Made by a program: the position numbers and the translations under genes. This document shows, piece after piece, positions 28,174 to 38,119 of a stretch of DNA of 64,000 bases. Numbering within the stretch: position 1 is the first letter of the stretch; each line of letters begins with the position of its first letter. The notes beneath the pieces are model-generated. The model did not search any database, was not told the origin of the DNA, and saw only the letters and a list, made by a program, of their open reading frames with translations. The DNA is taken from the sequence record NZ_CP090008.1; one strand, given 5' to 3'. Source of the stretch: a plasmid.

Positions 28174-29589
28174 ATGGGATATTTTGATTATTCAAGAGAG
28201 CCAAGAAGCGATATCGCTTTTATCGATATGAAGTCTTTTTATGCTAGCGTCGAATGTGTTGAGAGAGGACTACATCCTTTAAAGACTTCTTTATGTGTTA
28301 TGAGTAGAGCTGATAACTCTGCAGGTCTTATCCTTGCTTCTTCACCGATATTTAAGAAAGTGTTTGGAAAATCAAATGTTGGAAGAGCATACGACCTCCC
28401 TTTTGATGTTCAAACAAGAAGGTTCTCGTATTACAATGCCAAGAGACAAGGACTGAGAACAGATCCAGAATACGTGCGATTCATTGAAGATTGGGCAAAA
28501 GTGACTTTCATCGTTCCTCCCAGAATGGACGAATATATCTCAGTTAATATGGAAATTCAAGGCATTTTTCAAAACTATGGTAGTCCTAACGATATTTACC
28601 CTTATTCTATAGACGAGGGTTTTATTGACCTGTCTAGTTCTCTTAATTACTTCGTGCCAGAAAAACAGTTGTCACGAAAACAAAAACTCGACCTTATTTC
28701 TGCGAGGATCCAGAGAGACATCTGGAGACAAACTGGCATCTATTCAACCGTTGGTATGTCCAACGCTAACCCCTTACTTGCTAAACTTGCCCTTGATAAT
28801 GAAGCAAAGAAAACACCAACCATGAGAGCTAATTGGTCTTATGAGGACGTGGAGCAGAAGGTATGGTCTATTCCAAACATGACAGATTTCTGGGGTATCG
28901 GTAAAAGAATGGAGAAACGCTTCAACACGTTAGGTATCTACTCAATCAAAGACTTGGCAAATGCTAACCCAGATATCTTGAAGAAAGAATTAGGAGTAAC
29001 TGGTCTTCGATTATGGTTTCATGCTAATGGTATTGATGAAAGTAACGTTCATAAACCCTATAAACCAAAATCAAAAGGTCTAGGCAACTCCCAGGTTCTT
29101 CCTAGAGACTATTTTAGACAACGAGATATTGAAATTGTCCTTAGAGAGATGGCCGAGCAAGTTGCTATCCGACTGAGAAAGATAGGCAAGAAAGCGACTG
29201 TTGTTTCAATACACCTTGGCTACTCTAAGCATGAGAACAAGCGTTCTATCAATACCCAAATGAAAATTGAACCAACGAATAACACCGACATGCTGACAAA
29301 CTATGTGTTGAAGTTATTCCATAATAAATACACTTCAGGAGCAATCCGAAGTGTAGCGGTTAATTATTCTGGGTTTGTAGATGAATCTTTTGGATTAATC
29401 TCACTATTCGATGATGTCGAACAAATTGAAAAAGAAGAAAGGCTTCAGACAGCAATAGATTCTATCAGAGACCAATTTGGCTTTACCTCTCTACTAAAAG
29501 CTAATGCACTGGATAGTGCATCGAGGAGTATTGCCAGAAGTAGGCTCATCGGAGGACATTCTGCTGGAGGATTGGATGGTTTAAAATGA
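28174..29589 (+). CDS. Y-family (UmuC/DinB-like) translesion DNA polymerase
   Basis: IAFIDMKSFYASVE (cf. DmdxFFAsvE) and overall length. Confidence 0.8.
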   Translation: MGYFDYSREPRSDIAFIDMKSFYASVECVERGLHPLKTSLCVMSRADNSAGLILASSPIFKKVFGKSNVGRAYDLPFDVQTRRFSYYNAKRQGLRTDPEYVRFIEDWAKVTFIVPPRMDEYISVNMEIQGIFQNYGSPNDIYPYSIDEGFIDLSSSLNYFVPEKQLSRKQKLDLISARIQRDIWRQTGIYSTVGMSNANPLLAKLALDNEAKKTPTMRANWSYEDVEQKVWSIPNMTDFWGIGKRMEKRFNTLGIYSIKDLANANPDILKKELGVTGLRLWFHANGIDESNVHKPYKPKSKGLGNSQVLPRDYFRQRDIEIVLREMAEQVAIRLRKIGKKATVVSIHLGYSKHENKRSINTQMKIEPTNNTDMLTNYVLKLFHNKYTSGAIRSVAVNYSGFVDESFGLISLFDDVEQIEKEERLQTAIDSIRDQFGFTSLLKANALDSASRSIARSRLIGGHSAGGLDGLK

Positions 29590-29945
29590 TTGATCGTTCT
29601 TATTTACCATTTCAAGCAGCAAGAGAATATCAGGACCCTGGGATGCAGAAGTGGATGGGGTTCTTTCTGTCCGAGCATACCTCATCATTACATGCTGCTA
29701 AAAATCGTGTTGACTTCTCAACAGACCTAAGTAAGCCTCAGAAACTCTTATTACTTTCTCAACTCTATGCCAACCAACTTAAAGGGCAGTTCACTATCAA
29801 ACATAGAGATAGAAAAGTTACTTTATTCGGCGAAGTGAGAGAACTGTCTCATAAGGAAATATCAATAAAGACTAGTGAAGGGTATAGATTAGTCCAACTC
29901 GACAATATTCTTCAAATTCAGCTTTTGGAAAATCACATATACTAA
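29586..29945 (+). CDS. YolD-like protein (UmuD'-equivalent partner of Gram-positive Y-polymerases)
   Basis: GMQKWMGFFLSEHTSSL ~ YolD G.IKW…MLPEH; overlapping stop/start with polymerase. Confidence 0.5.
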   Translation: MIDRSYLPFQAAREYQDPGMQKWMGFFLSEHTSSLHAAKNRVDFSTDLSKPQKLLLLSQLYANQLKGQFTIKHRDRKVTLFGEVRELSHKEISIKTSEGYRLVQLDNILQIQLLENHIY

Positions 29946-29996
29946 AAAAGCAACAACCTATATTTGTGGTTGTTGCTTTTAACCATGAACAATAAT

Positions 29997-30173
29997 TTAT
30001 TCATTTTTCTCCATTTCGGCTAATGCGGATAAGACACCATCCTCATAGCCTTCTTCACGACCTTCTTTAAAGCCTTCATCATGGCCTTTAATACATCCAG
30101 CATTATATCCTTCTTCGTAACCTTCTTCATAGCCTTGAGTATAGCCTTCTAAGTATTTGTTATTTTCTGGCAT
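29997..30173 (-). CDS. Unannotated 58-aa low-complexity protein with (E/Q)GY(E/N)EGY repeats
   Basis: MPENNKYLEGYTQGYEEGYEEGYNAGCIKGHDEGFKEGREEGYEDGVLSALAEMEKNE. Confidence 0.35.
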   Translation of the reverse strand: MPENNKYLEGYTQGYEEGYEEGYNAGCIKGHDEGFKEGREEGYEDGVLSALAEMEKNE

Positions 30174-30264
30174 TGTTCTTTTTTCCTTTGTTTTTGTATA
30201 CAGAATTGTATTTTATCTGTACACTATTAGTTTATACCATTTGGCTCTCTAAAAAGGAGCATTA

Positions 30265-30654
30265 TTACATTGATATTGTTTCGTTTCTAATAGGTTGACT
30301 AAAATCAACCGTAATGATGTTATCATCTTTATCAAGAATAACATCAGGATCTTTATCTGCCTCATTCAATAGGTTTTCAGCATATTCCTTTGCTTTAGTT
30401 TGCTTGGTGGCTTCAAATTCCTTATTACTTTTAAATTTATTCCATAAAACTTTAGCTAATGTTTTTGTAACATAGGCACCACTACAAATGATTGCACACA
30501 TTTTCACGGCATCTTTACGACCATCATCGTAACCATCATCGTAAATTTTCTCAATTAATTTTTCTGGACCACCATGAATACTTGCTATCTTAGCTAATGC
30601 TCCATAATCCCATTCCTCATCAATTTCTTTGAACTCTTTTTTAATTTCATTCAT
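30265..30654 (-). CDS. Hypothetical protein
   Basis: ORF with SD. Confidence 0.45.
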   Translation of the reverse strand: MNEIKKEFKEIDEEWDYGALAKIASIHGGPEKLIEKIYDDGYDDGRKDAVKMCAIICSGAYVTKTLAKVLWNKFKSNKEFEATKQTKAKEYAENLLNEADKDPDVILDKDDNIITVDFSQPIRNETISM

Positions 30655-30714
30655 TGTTTATTTCTCCTTTATCTTTGTTAAGTATAGTATAAAGGAAATT
30701 ATTTATGTTGTCGT

Positions 30715-31593
30715 TCACAGTTTGTGAACTTTTTTTACAGTTTCTAGGAAGTGTATAGCATATGGGTTATTAATCCTAGCCAAGTCATAAATTAATTTAT
30801 AACCAATCAATTGATTAGTTGCAAAGTCCTCATCATTATCGACTAAGTCACAAATATACCTTAAAACAAAAAAGTAATCAGCAACCTTACTGTATTTTTG
30901 AGTTTCCTTTAGTAATTCAATATTAGGTAAAAAAAACTCATTAATTGCTTTCTTAAATAGAGGTGTTTTTATCTCATTATCATTGATGTTGGGTAAAACA
31001 ACATCCGTAATCAGAGCTTTTATATCCTTTTTATTTTTATTTTTGTTCGATTTAAAATCTTTCATTTGGTTACTAAATTTATCACTAAAAGTAGTAGAAT
31101 AACGAAGAAGCTTGAGGCTCAAGACATTTACTAGAATAACTAAAAATGTATCACTATTTTCTTTATATTCAGTTAATGCCTTACCGTAAGTATCTGCAAT
31201 AAAATCAATATCAACTGTTTCTTTTTCTTCAAGAGAACCAAAAAGTAATTTTTCATGTTCCTTATAAGCTTTAAGATATTCTGGACAGTAGGTGTCATCT
31301 AATTCATATACAGGGAAAATTTTTATCATTTCCTGCAAAATTCTATCTGGATTGTTTATAAATGCAACTAAATCAGGAGAAGTATTAGAAAAATCTACTG
31401 ACAATAAAGAATCTACTGTAACCCCATAGCGCTTAGCAATACTCTTGAGTATCTCATCATCATTTGGTTTTCGAGTACCACTCTCATACTGAGAAATTGT
31501 ACTGTTTCCCACGTGTAATGCTTCTGCCAAACTTTCCTGTGTTTCTCCGAAAGACGATCTTAATAATTTTAAATTACTTGCAAAATAGTCCAT
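30715..31593 (-). CDS. XRE-family HTH transcriptional regulator with C-terminal helical domain (ICE/island regulator)
   Basis: N-terminal HTH LLRSSFGETQESLAEALHVGNSTISQYESG. Confidence 0.7.
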   Translation of the reverse strand: MDYFASNLKLLRSSFGETQESLAEALHVGNSTISQYESGTRKPNDDEILKSIAKRYGVTVDSLLSVDFSNTSPDLVAFINNPDRILQEMIKIFPVYELDDTYCPEYLKAYKEHEKLLFGSLEEKETVDIDFIADTYGKALTEYKENSDTFLVILVNVLSLKLLRYSTTFSDKFSNQMKDFKSNKNKNKKDIKALITDVVLPNINDNEIKTPLFKKAINEFFLPNIELLKETQKYSKVADYFFVLRYICDLVDNDEDFATNQLIGYKLIYDLARINNPYAIHFLETVKKVHKL

Positions 31594-31689
31594 AATCTAA
31601 ATCTCCATTTTCTTCCTATTAGAATTGCTACAATATGATATGTACATTACAATATGCATCGTGTATAGCAATATTGAAGTGACAATCAA

Positions 31690-32763
31690 TTACAAGTCAC
31701 TTAGTGCTTCCTTAGTTGTCTCTGCAGCTACGTGTGCATATACCTCTACCATTGCAGTCCCCTTGTGTCCCAATTGTTGAGAGACTAGGAGGCTGTCTTT
31801 TGTTTGCTCATATAGACGTGTCGCAAGTGTGTGTCGCAGTTTGTGAGGAGTAGTGGGTTTACCATAGGCGGTAGATAGCTTCTTCACCAAAAGCTCGACA
31901 GAACGTGTTCCAAGCCTTGCAGGCACTTTATTTTGAGTCGTTAAGAAGAATGCTTTATCTGAATCACTTGCTGAGTAACGTCCCTTCCTAATTTCTAAAT
32001 AACGCTCGATATAAGGTACACCAAACGGAGCTATATTTACAACGTCCTTTTTCCCACCTTTTCGAATAACTGTAATCGTCCTTGTGGCTAGATTGACATC
32101 TTGCATATCTAGGTTGACTAATTCAGATAAACGGACTCCAGTAGATAATAGAAGTGCTATGACAGCAAGATCCCTCTCTTTATTTTTAACAAACGATACC
32201 TGGGCACGTTTTGAGATTTTCTTTTCATGCTCATTGTCGATATAATCTAGGAAAGACTGTGTATCGTTTAGAAAGAGTTTTTCTTTCATGTTATCTGCAC
32301 GACTAGCTAAGGTATCTTTAGGTTTCTTGATTTTCACCTTAACCATGACATTTCGGTAGAAATAAGGCTCACCCTCGTCGTCCTCAGTTTCTTGAGTAAG
32401 ATACTTAAACAAACTAGAGAGGGCATCTTTAGTTCGAATAATGCTGACTTCAGATATTGAACGACGCTCAGTATTTTCACGAAGATAAACAAAGTAGCCT
32501 TCGATAACAGACTTTGGTAAATGGGCCAGCTCATCAATATGAACATCAGCAATCGTATCATAGTCGGCATAACGTACAGTTTCACCCAATTTCTCATGAT
32601 CGCTAATCAACCATTCAAAAAATCGTCTATATTCCTTTAAATACTCATACAGTGTCTTGTAGCTATATGGAATAACGAGCTTTGCTTGATAATATTCCTT
32701 AACATACCAAGGCATAATCTCAAGCAACTCGTTTATATTTTTCATAAGTGTTTCTTGTTTCAT
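31690..32763 (-). CDS. Tyrosine site-specific recombinase (integrase)
   Basis: C-terminal R…HxxR…Y box: HKLRHTLATRL…LGHKGTAMVEVYAHV. Confidence 0.85.
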   Translation of the reverse strand: MKQETLMKNINELLEIMPWYVKEYYQAKLVIPYSYKTLYEYLKEYRRFFEWLISDHEKLGETVRYADYDTIADVHIDELAHLPKSVIEGYFVYLRENTERRSISEVSIIRTKDALSSLFKYLTQETEDDEGEPYFYRNVMVKVKIKKPKDTLASRADNMKEKLFLNDTQSFLDYIDNEHEKKISKRAQVSFVKNKERDLAVIALLLSTGVRLSELVNLDMQDVNLATRTITVIRKGGKKDVVNIAPFGVPYIERYLEIRKGRYSASDSDKAFFLTTQNKVPARLGTRSVELLVKKLSTAYGKPTTPHKLRHTLATRLYEQTKDSLLVSQQLGHKGTAMVEVYAHVAAETTKEALSDL

Positions 32764-32920
32764 ATTAGCCTCAAATCTAACAATTTTCTTGTTAGTAGTA
32801 GTTTATCATAACTAATATGTGTATTCAACAAATACTTATTTTCCGAATATATATTTTTCAAGTGATATTTACTTATATAACCATATAATTTTGGCCCCAA
32901 AAAATTAGACAATTTATTTA

Positions 32921-32975
32921 AGCAAAGGACTTAGTTCTGTATTGCACAAGACTAAGTCCTTTGCTACCATTTGTC
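32921..32975 (-). repeat. Third copy of IS3-end/‘ccgtattat’ junction repeat with perfect 14-bp-arm hairpin (GCAAAGGACTTAGT…ACTAAGTCCTTTGC)
   Basis: Direct comparison to 190-215 and 34236-34300. Confidence 0.5.
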
Positions 32976-33099
32976 AAGTATAATACGGTTTCTAACTCAA
33001 CATTATTTCTGAAAGTGTATGAATGGAATTTTCTGAGGAATAGTTCAAGCAGTTTTTCTGACATTTAAGCATATAAAAACGACACCTTATCTGGTATTT

Positions 33100-33875
33100 T
33101 TTGAAACAAGGTGTTAGAACTATAAGGCATAGACGACTTTAATGACTTTGGGCTAAAGTATAGTCGTAAAGTTTATTATGCATTATAAGATAATACATTG
33201 TCCTAATTGTGAATACATTTGTACAGAATTTTTCTTGCATAAGGAGTCCCACGTTTGGTGGTATGTTCTTGACCTAGGAAATCTGCTAATTCATAGTGTC
33301 TGAGATCAATACCGATAAAAGCACTGTTTTGATTAGCAGACTTAAAGCGACGAATGTCTCCTAATTCGTCAATAACGCTTGTAGCCGTTGTTTCTTTGAT
33401 CTCAGGAATACAGAGAAGAATCTCATATTTAGGTAGAGACTTAGCTAACTCTACCAACTGTTCTAAAACTTGTTCCCGATGGTTTGTCAATCTTATAAAT
33501 TCCTATACATTATACTTAACCTCTTCTATCATAGGAGAGGTTTTTGAAATGATATAATAAGATTGCTTTGCCAGTCCAACTAACTTCTCAGCCAAGTTAC
33601 CTACTCTGTTCTCTGAAATGCGTTTAGAGGTTGACTGACGAATAGTCTCTTTCAACTCAACTTCTGATAATTCCAGCACCCAATGCTTTGTTGGGAATAT
33701 GGAACTGTTCGCATTATGTGGCTCTTTGTCTTGAATGATTCCTTATTTTAGTGATTTCATTTTCAATACTCGACGTCTACTCTAAAGGACTTATCGACTT
33801 AACAAGGCGCCTCTACTTTAACATAACGAAAAAGTAGTGAGGAAATCTCGTCGGAACTTTCCTCACTACTAATCT
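33100..33875 (-). mobile_element. IS110-family element remnant, internally deleted (C-terminal transposase fragment + 5' end hairpin)
   Basis: 95-aa ORF with IS110 C-terminal domain; 5' structures match reverse complement of 59276-59405. Confidence 0.6.
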
Positions 33876-33879
33876 TAGT

Positions 33880-34060
33880 ATGTTTTCAGTGTTTAGAGTG
33901 ATGAAAATACATTTCCTAAAGTTGACAAAGTGCAACTTTTATGAGAAGCGAAAAAGGCAATCGACAATAGCTTCAATGAAGCCACATGTGATTGCCTCTA
34001 TACATCGTCTCATTCAGACAATGTATACACCATTACACATAACAAGCTTTACAATTATAC
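33880..34060 (+). mobile_element. IS110-family 3'-end fragment (…NFYEKRKRQ; shared end ATACATCGTCTCATTCAGACAATGT with 60392-60416)
   Basis: Sequence identity to end of IS110 pseudogene at 60340-60416. Confidence 0.55.
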
Positions 34061-34063
34061 TTC

Positions 34064-34141
34064 TACCCAATATCGATAAGGCTGTCTATGCCGTATTATT
34101 GTAATGCTTTATCAAAAAAATCACCAGATAAGGTGTTGGTT
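34064..34141. repeat. Right copy of ~80 bp direct repeat (partner 15..92)
   Basis: See feature at 15. Confidence 0.7.
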
Positions 34142-34239
34142 TAGTGTTCACTTTTTACACTAAACTTTAGTTCAAAAAAAAGAAAATTTCCTTAGTTTGA
34201 CTATGGAACTCAAACTATTTTTCATCAAATACATTGATA

Positions 34240-35600
34240 TACTTGACAAATGGTCGCAAAAGATTTAATTCTGTATTGTACAGGACTGAGCCCTTTTAGT
34301 TTTACCTTAATGCGTTTGTTGTTGTAATAATCAATATAGTCTATAATAGCTTGTTCCAATTGGCTAAGCGACTTAAATGCTCTCACATAACCATTAAAAC
34401 ATTTCCGATTTTAAAATTCCAAAGAAGGATTCCATCATTCCATTATCTGGGCTGTTCCCTTTACGTGACATGGATGGTTGAATCCCTTTATCCTTTAAAA
34501 AATGATAATAATACCGGTGTTGATATTGCCAGCCTTGATCGCTATGGAGAATTGTATGTTCGTAATGGTTCTCTGTGAAGGCTTGTTCCAACATCATTTT
34601 CACTTGTGCTAAGTTCGGTGACGTAGAAAGATTGTAAGCAATAATTTCACTGTTAAAACCATCTAAAACTGGTGATAAATAGAGCTTTTGGCTACTTGCT
34701 GGAATGGCAAATTCCGTCACATCTGTATAGCACTTTTCCATTGGTTTAGATCCTTTAAATTGACGTTGAATAAGGTTATCTGCTTTCTTGCCAATATCTC
34801 CTCGGTATGAAGAGTATTTACGTTTTCGACGAATTCTAGCGATTAAACCAAGTACTTTCATAAGACGTTGCACCTTCTTATGATTTACCACAAAACCACG
34901 ATTTCTCAATGTAAGAGTAATGCGACGATAGCCATAATTTCCTTTGTGTTCAGTAAAAATAGCTTGAATTTCAGCTTTGATAGTTTGATTATTATCCGTT
35001 TGATCCAGCTGTTTTAAGTGGTAATAATAGGTCGAACGAGCAAGCTTAATAATCTTTAGAAGAATCTCTAAAGCAAACTCTGTTACCAATCCTCGAACAA
35101 TTTCCGTTTTTCTTCTTGCTCTTTCTCGTCCCTCAATCGGAGTTCTCTCAACTTTTTTAGAACAGCGTTCTCTGCTCTCAAGTACTCATTTTCTGCTTGA
35201 AGTCGCTCTAGCTCTGTCATCTCTTCAGGTTTCTTCTTTGGCTTACGTCCCATTTTAGGCGGTCTCCCTCTTGTTTTCTCAACAATAGTATACCCATTTT
35301 TCTTGTACTGTGCTATCCAATTGTTAAGCAAACCTTGATTTGAGAGGCCATAGTCCAAGCAAACACTTTGTTGGGAACAACCTTCAAGCAGAACTTTATC
35401 AAGCATTTCTCGTTTTAATTTAGGAGAATAGTAACGCTTCTTTCCCTTTTTGACGATGTTTATTCCATAACGGTCAATTAATTTCACCATGTACTTTAGA
35501 CCAGAAACATTCACCCCAAATTGATTTGAAAGTCGCTTAAAGCTTTCTCAGTTCATATATTTGAACTTTATCTTCATAAGTCAATTTCATAATAAAAACA
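34240..35600 (-). mobile_element. IS3-family insertion sequence (OrfA 35083..35514, OrfB 34394..35089), both reading frames carry additional frameshifts -> probably inactive
   Basis: OrfA HTH+leucine zipper, OrfB DDE (…HSDQGWQYQ…); N-term [16 protein letters not shown] out of frame; OrfB C-term …SPVQYR in shifted frame. Confidence 0.75.
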
Positions 35601-35710
35601 CCCCAAGTTAGATTTTTTCTGTCTAACCTTTTGAGGTGCAGTTCAATAAAGGCTCTTTTCATTTTCTTGTGGTTAATTGCATGCTCATAACATTTTAGAC
35701 CAACTTTTAG

Positions 35711-36820
35711 TTATGAATAACCTTTTGGTCGGACAGGAAGCTGCTCTTTATCAATAATTATATTAAACTGTACGATAAAATTTTTATTTTCATCTTGAGC
35801 AATCTCTCTTTTAATCTTAATTGGTATATTATACTCATACGGATTTGAATATAAGTCTGTGTACTTTAGCTCTAAATCTCCCGCTTCTTGAAATTCAGTA
35901 CTCAAACCATTTTGATTTTTAAAATACCAATCAAAAATAAATTTTAGTTCTGTAGTCTTTCCTTTCGGAACTGAAAGGTAATTTATGTTTATTATCTCAC
36001 TTTCATTATAAGAAGACATAATACCTTTAGGAATAAATTTTATGGTAGACAAAATTGCTGACTGTAATCCAATATTATTAATGCTTAATATAAAAGACGT
36101 ATATAATTTACAGATTTCTTGTTTATTCACTTCAGTATTTATATCTTTATCTAATTTATTTAACTCACTTTTTATGTTAGTTTTTTCGAGCTCTGCTTTC
36201 TTTCTCGTTTCCTCATGTTGTGTAAAATTACTTAGTGCGTTTGTTTTAACAAATCTAACTCTCAAATCTTCTCTCTTGGTATGGTACTCCTCAAGACGTT
36301 TAGATAGTTTATCCTTGAATTTATCTTTGAGATTATTTCCAAATACGAAAGAACCGATATCATGATAGCTATTTCTGTTATTTTCAGAATTTAAATTAAT
36401 TGAAAAGGTAAAAATAGGTAAGCTACTTTCCCTCCTTTCTTCTTTTGACTTTTCAGTCTCGTGTTTTAATGTCCAGTAAACACCTAAAACCGTAACTACA
36501 CCTCCTATAACTGCTCCATAGTAGCCTAAAGTATCTGCGTTAGCAAATAATTTATTTTCTTCAAATAATCCGAAATACCATAAACCGACCGGACATATAA
36601 AAATAAATATAACAGTAAAAATCAACACTACTACTAGTGAGGGACCGACATGCTTTTTTATTTTCTTAGTAACATCATATTTCTTATTTAGTTTGGGTAT
36701 AGATATTACCAAACTAAATAAAAAAAAGGTGAAAATTGATAATCCACCAATCACGGCCAAAATTACTACTATAATATTTAGAGATATCCTTGTTGTATCA
36801 GAAATTACTAATTCTATCAT
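35711..36820 (-). CDS. Hypothetical membrane protein (N-terminal TM helices, C-terminal soluble domain)
   Basis: ORF, hydrophobicity. Confidence 0.5.
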   Translation of the reverse strand: MIELVISDTTRISLNIIVVILAVIGGLSIFTFFLFSLVISIPKLNKKYDVTKKIKKHVGPSLVVVLIFTVIFIFICPVGLWYFGLFEENKLFANADTLGYYGAVIGGVVTVLGVYWTLKHETEKSKEERRESSLPIFTFSINLNSENNRNSYHDIGSFVFGNNLKDKFKDKLSKRLEEYHTKREDLRVRFVKTNALSNFTQHEETRKKAELEKTNIKSELNKLDKDINTEVNKQEICKLYTSFILSINNIGLQSAILSTIKFIPKGIMSSYNESEIININYLSVPKGKTTELKFIFDWYFKNQNGLSTEFQEAGDLELKYTDLYSNPYEYNIPIKIKREIAQDENKNFIVQFNIIIDKEQLPVRPKGYS

Positions 36821-36893
36821 TTTAAAATTCCTTACAATTCTTTCATCTATTCAAAAAAGCTGATTTCTCAGCTTTTTTAATCAATCATAGAGC

Positions 36894-37112
36894 TTAATTA
36901 CTTTTGAATTGCATCGCTTCATCACTCTGCACAAATTCTCGTTGAGCATCTGTTAATTCCTCAAGTTCATCACAGCCAATAAGTCCAAAAGCCTCCATAC
37001 CATCTTTTGTACTTACGATGTATGCCTCAAGTTCCCTAGCTTTGTCAACGTCTGACACTAAGTAAATATTTTTTTTAGTCATTACTTCATCGGCCATTTT
37101 TATCTCCTTCAA
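36894..37112 (-). CDS. Hypothetical small protein
   Basis: ORF with SD AAGGAG. Confidence 0.4.
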   Translation of the reverse strand: MKEIKMADEVMTKKNIYLVSDVDKARELEAYIVSTKDGMEAFGLIGCDELEELTDAQREFVQSDEAMQFKSN

Positions 37113-37126
37113 CCCTTTAGTAGTGT

Positions 37127-38119
37127 TTAATCTTCCCCCAATTTATCATGTTGGGCCCTAAAGGCGTATAATGGATCAAAATTTGAATCAAGTTTATTGT
37201 CGTCGTCAGCTTGTTCAGCCATCTTAGCATTTAAACTATTTTCCATCCTCCCAATACAATCCATTACCTTCCTTATCATTGTAAGGGTTTCAGAAGTAAT
37301 TTTCAAGACCTCGCTTGAATTTTCATTGTTTTTAATTGTATCTGAGCTTTTCATTTTCTGCTTTAGACATTCTTCAATTTCGTCTAAACGTAGCTCTTTC
37401 ATGCTTTGTTGAGGTTCTGCAGTGGCTGATACTGGATCTAGAGGTTTTATGTTATCAACCGTCAAGTCTTCAATTTTTGTGACGTTCATAATGACCTTAG
37501 CACGTGCTTCTTCTTTTCCATTATGACCTGGTATATAGATATAGTTGTTGCTACCAAAAAATGATTGTTGGGTAATATCATTTTTAGCTAAACACTCAAA
37601 TAAAGAATCGTGTCCCTCTACTAAACTGTTAGCAAAATAAATATTTCTCGTGTCTCGAAAAAGTTGGGTATTAAAAATAAATGGTCTGTTCTTAGGGAAA
37701 TTATTGACGTGAGGAGAATGGAAAAAATGCTCTGTTGATAGGTAATGTACGTAAGGGACCTTACTGAGTAGCTGAGACAAAGTATTCGTATCCATCTGAG
37801 CTTGCTCATCAAAGAGAAAGATGTCTGTAATGTGGCTTGTTGGAGACGTGACTAACTCAATACCCTTTTTTAAATAGCCCGCTAGCAGAACGGAATGGTT
37901 TTTCTCATCCTCTAGGTCTGCATGATTGTGGGTAATCGTAATCTTAGCTTTATCTTCTAAATACGATAGAGCATTCCAAGAAATATGTGACTTAAATCCC
38001 ATAATAGCTACTCTATGGTCTTTAGATTTTGCAAAGTTAGTCAGCTTATGAAAAAAGGGAGAGGCTTCAAAAGGAGATAGGACGTAGGTATCAATATAGA
38101 TATTAAGCATCAGTATCAC
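37127..38119 (-). CDS. Hypothetical protein (mobile-element associated)
   Basis: ORF. Confidence 0.45.
   Translation of the reverse strand: MILMLNIYIDTYVLSPFEASPFFHKLTNFAKSKDHRVAIMGFKSHISWNALSYLEDKAKITITHNHADLEDEKNHSVLLAGYLKKGIELVTSPTSHITDIFLFDEQAQMDTNTLSQLLSKVPYVHYLSTEHFFHSPHVNNFPKNRPFIFNTQLFRDTRNIYFANSLVEGHDSLFECLAKNDITQQSFFGSNNYIYIPGHNGKEEARAKVIMNVTKIEDLTVDNIKPLDPVSATAEPQQSMKELRLDEIEECLKQKMKSSDTIKNNENSSEVLKITSETLTMIRKVMDCIGRMENSLNAKMAEQADDDNKLDSNFDPLYAFRAQHDKLGED

Noticed and set aside
33354-34578. Short + strand ORFs (33354-33557, 34351-34578)
   Set aside because: They are antisense within IS110/IS3 transposase fragments.
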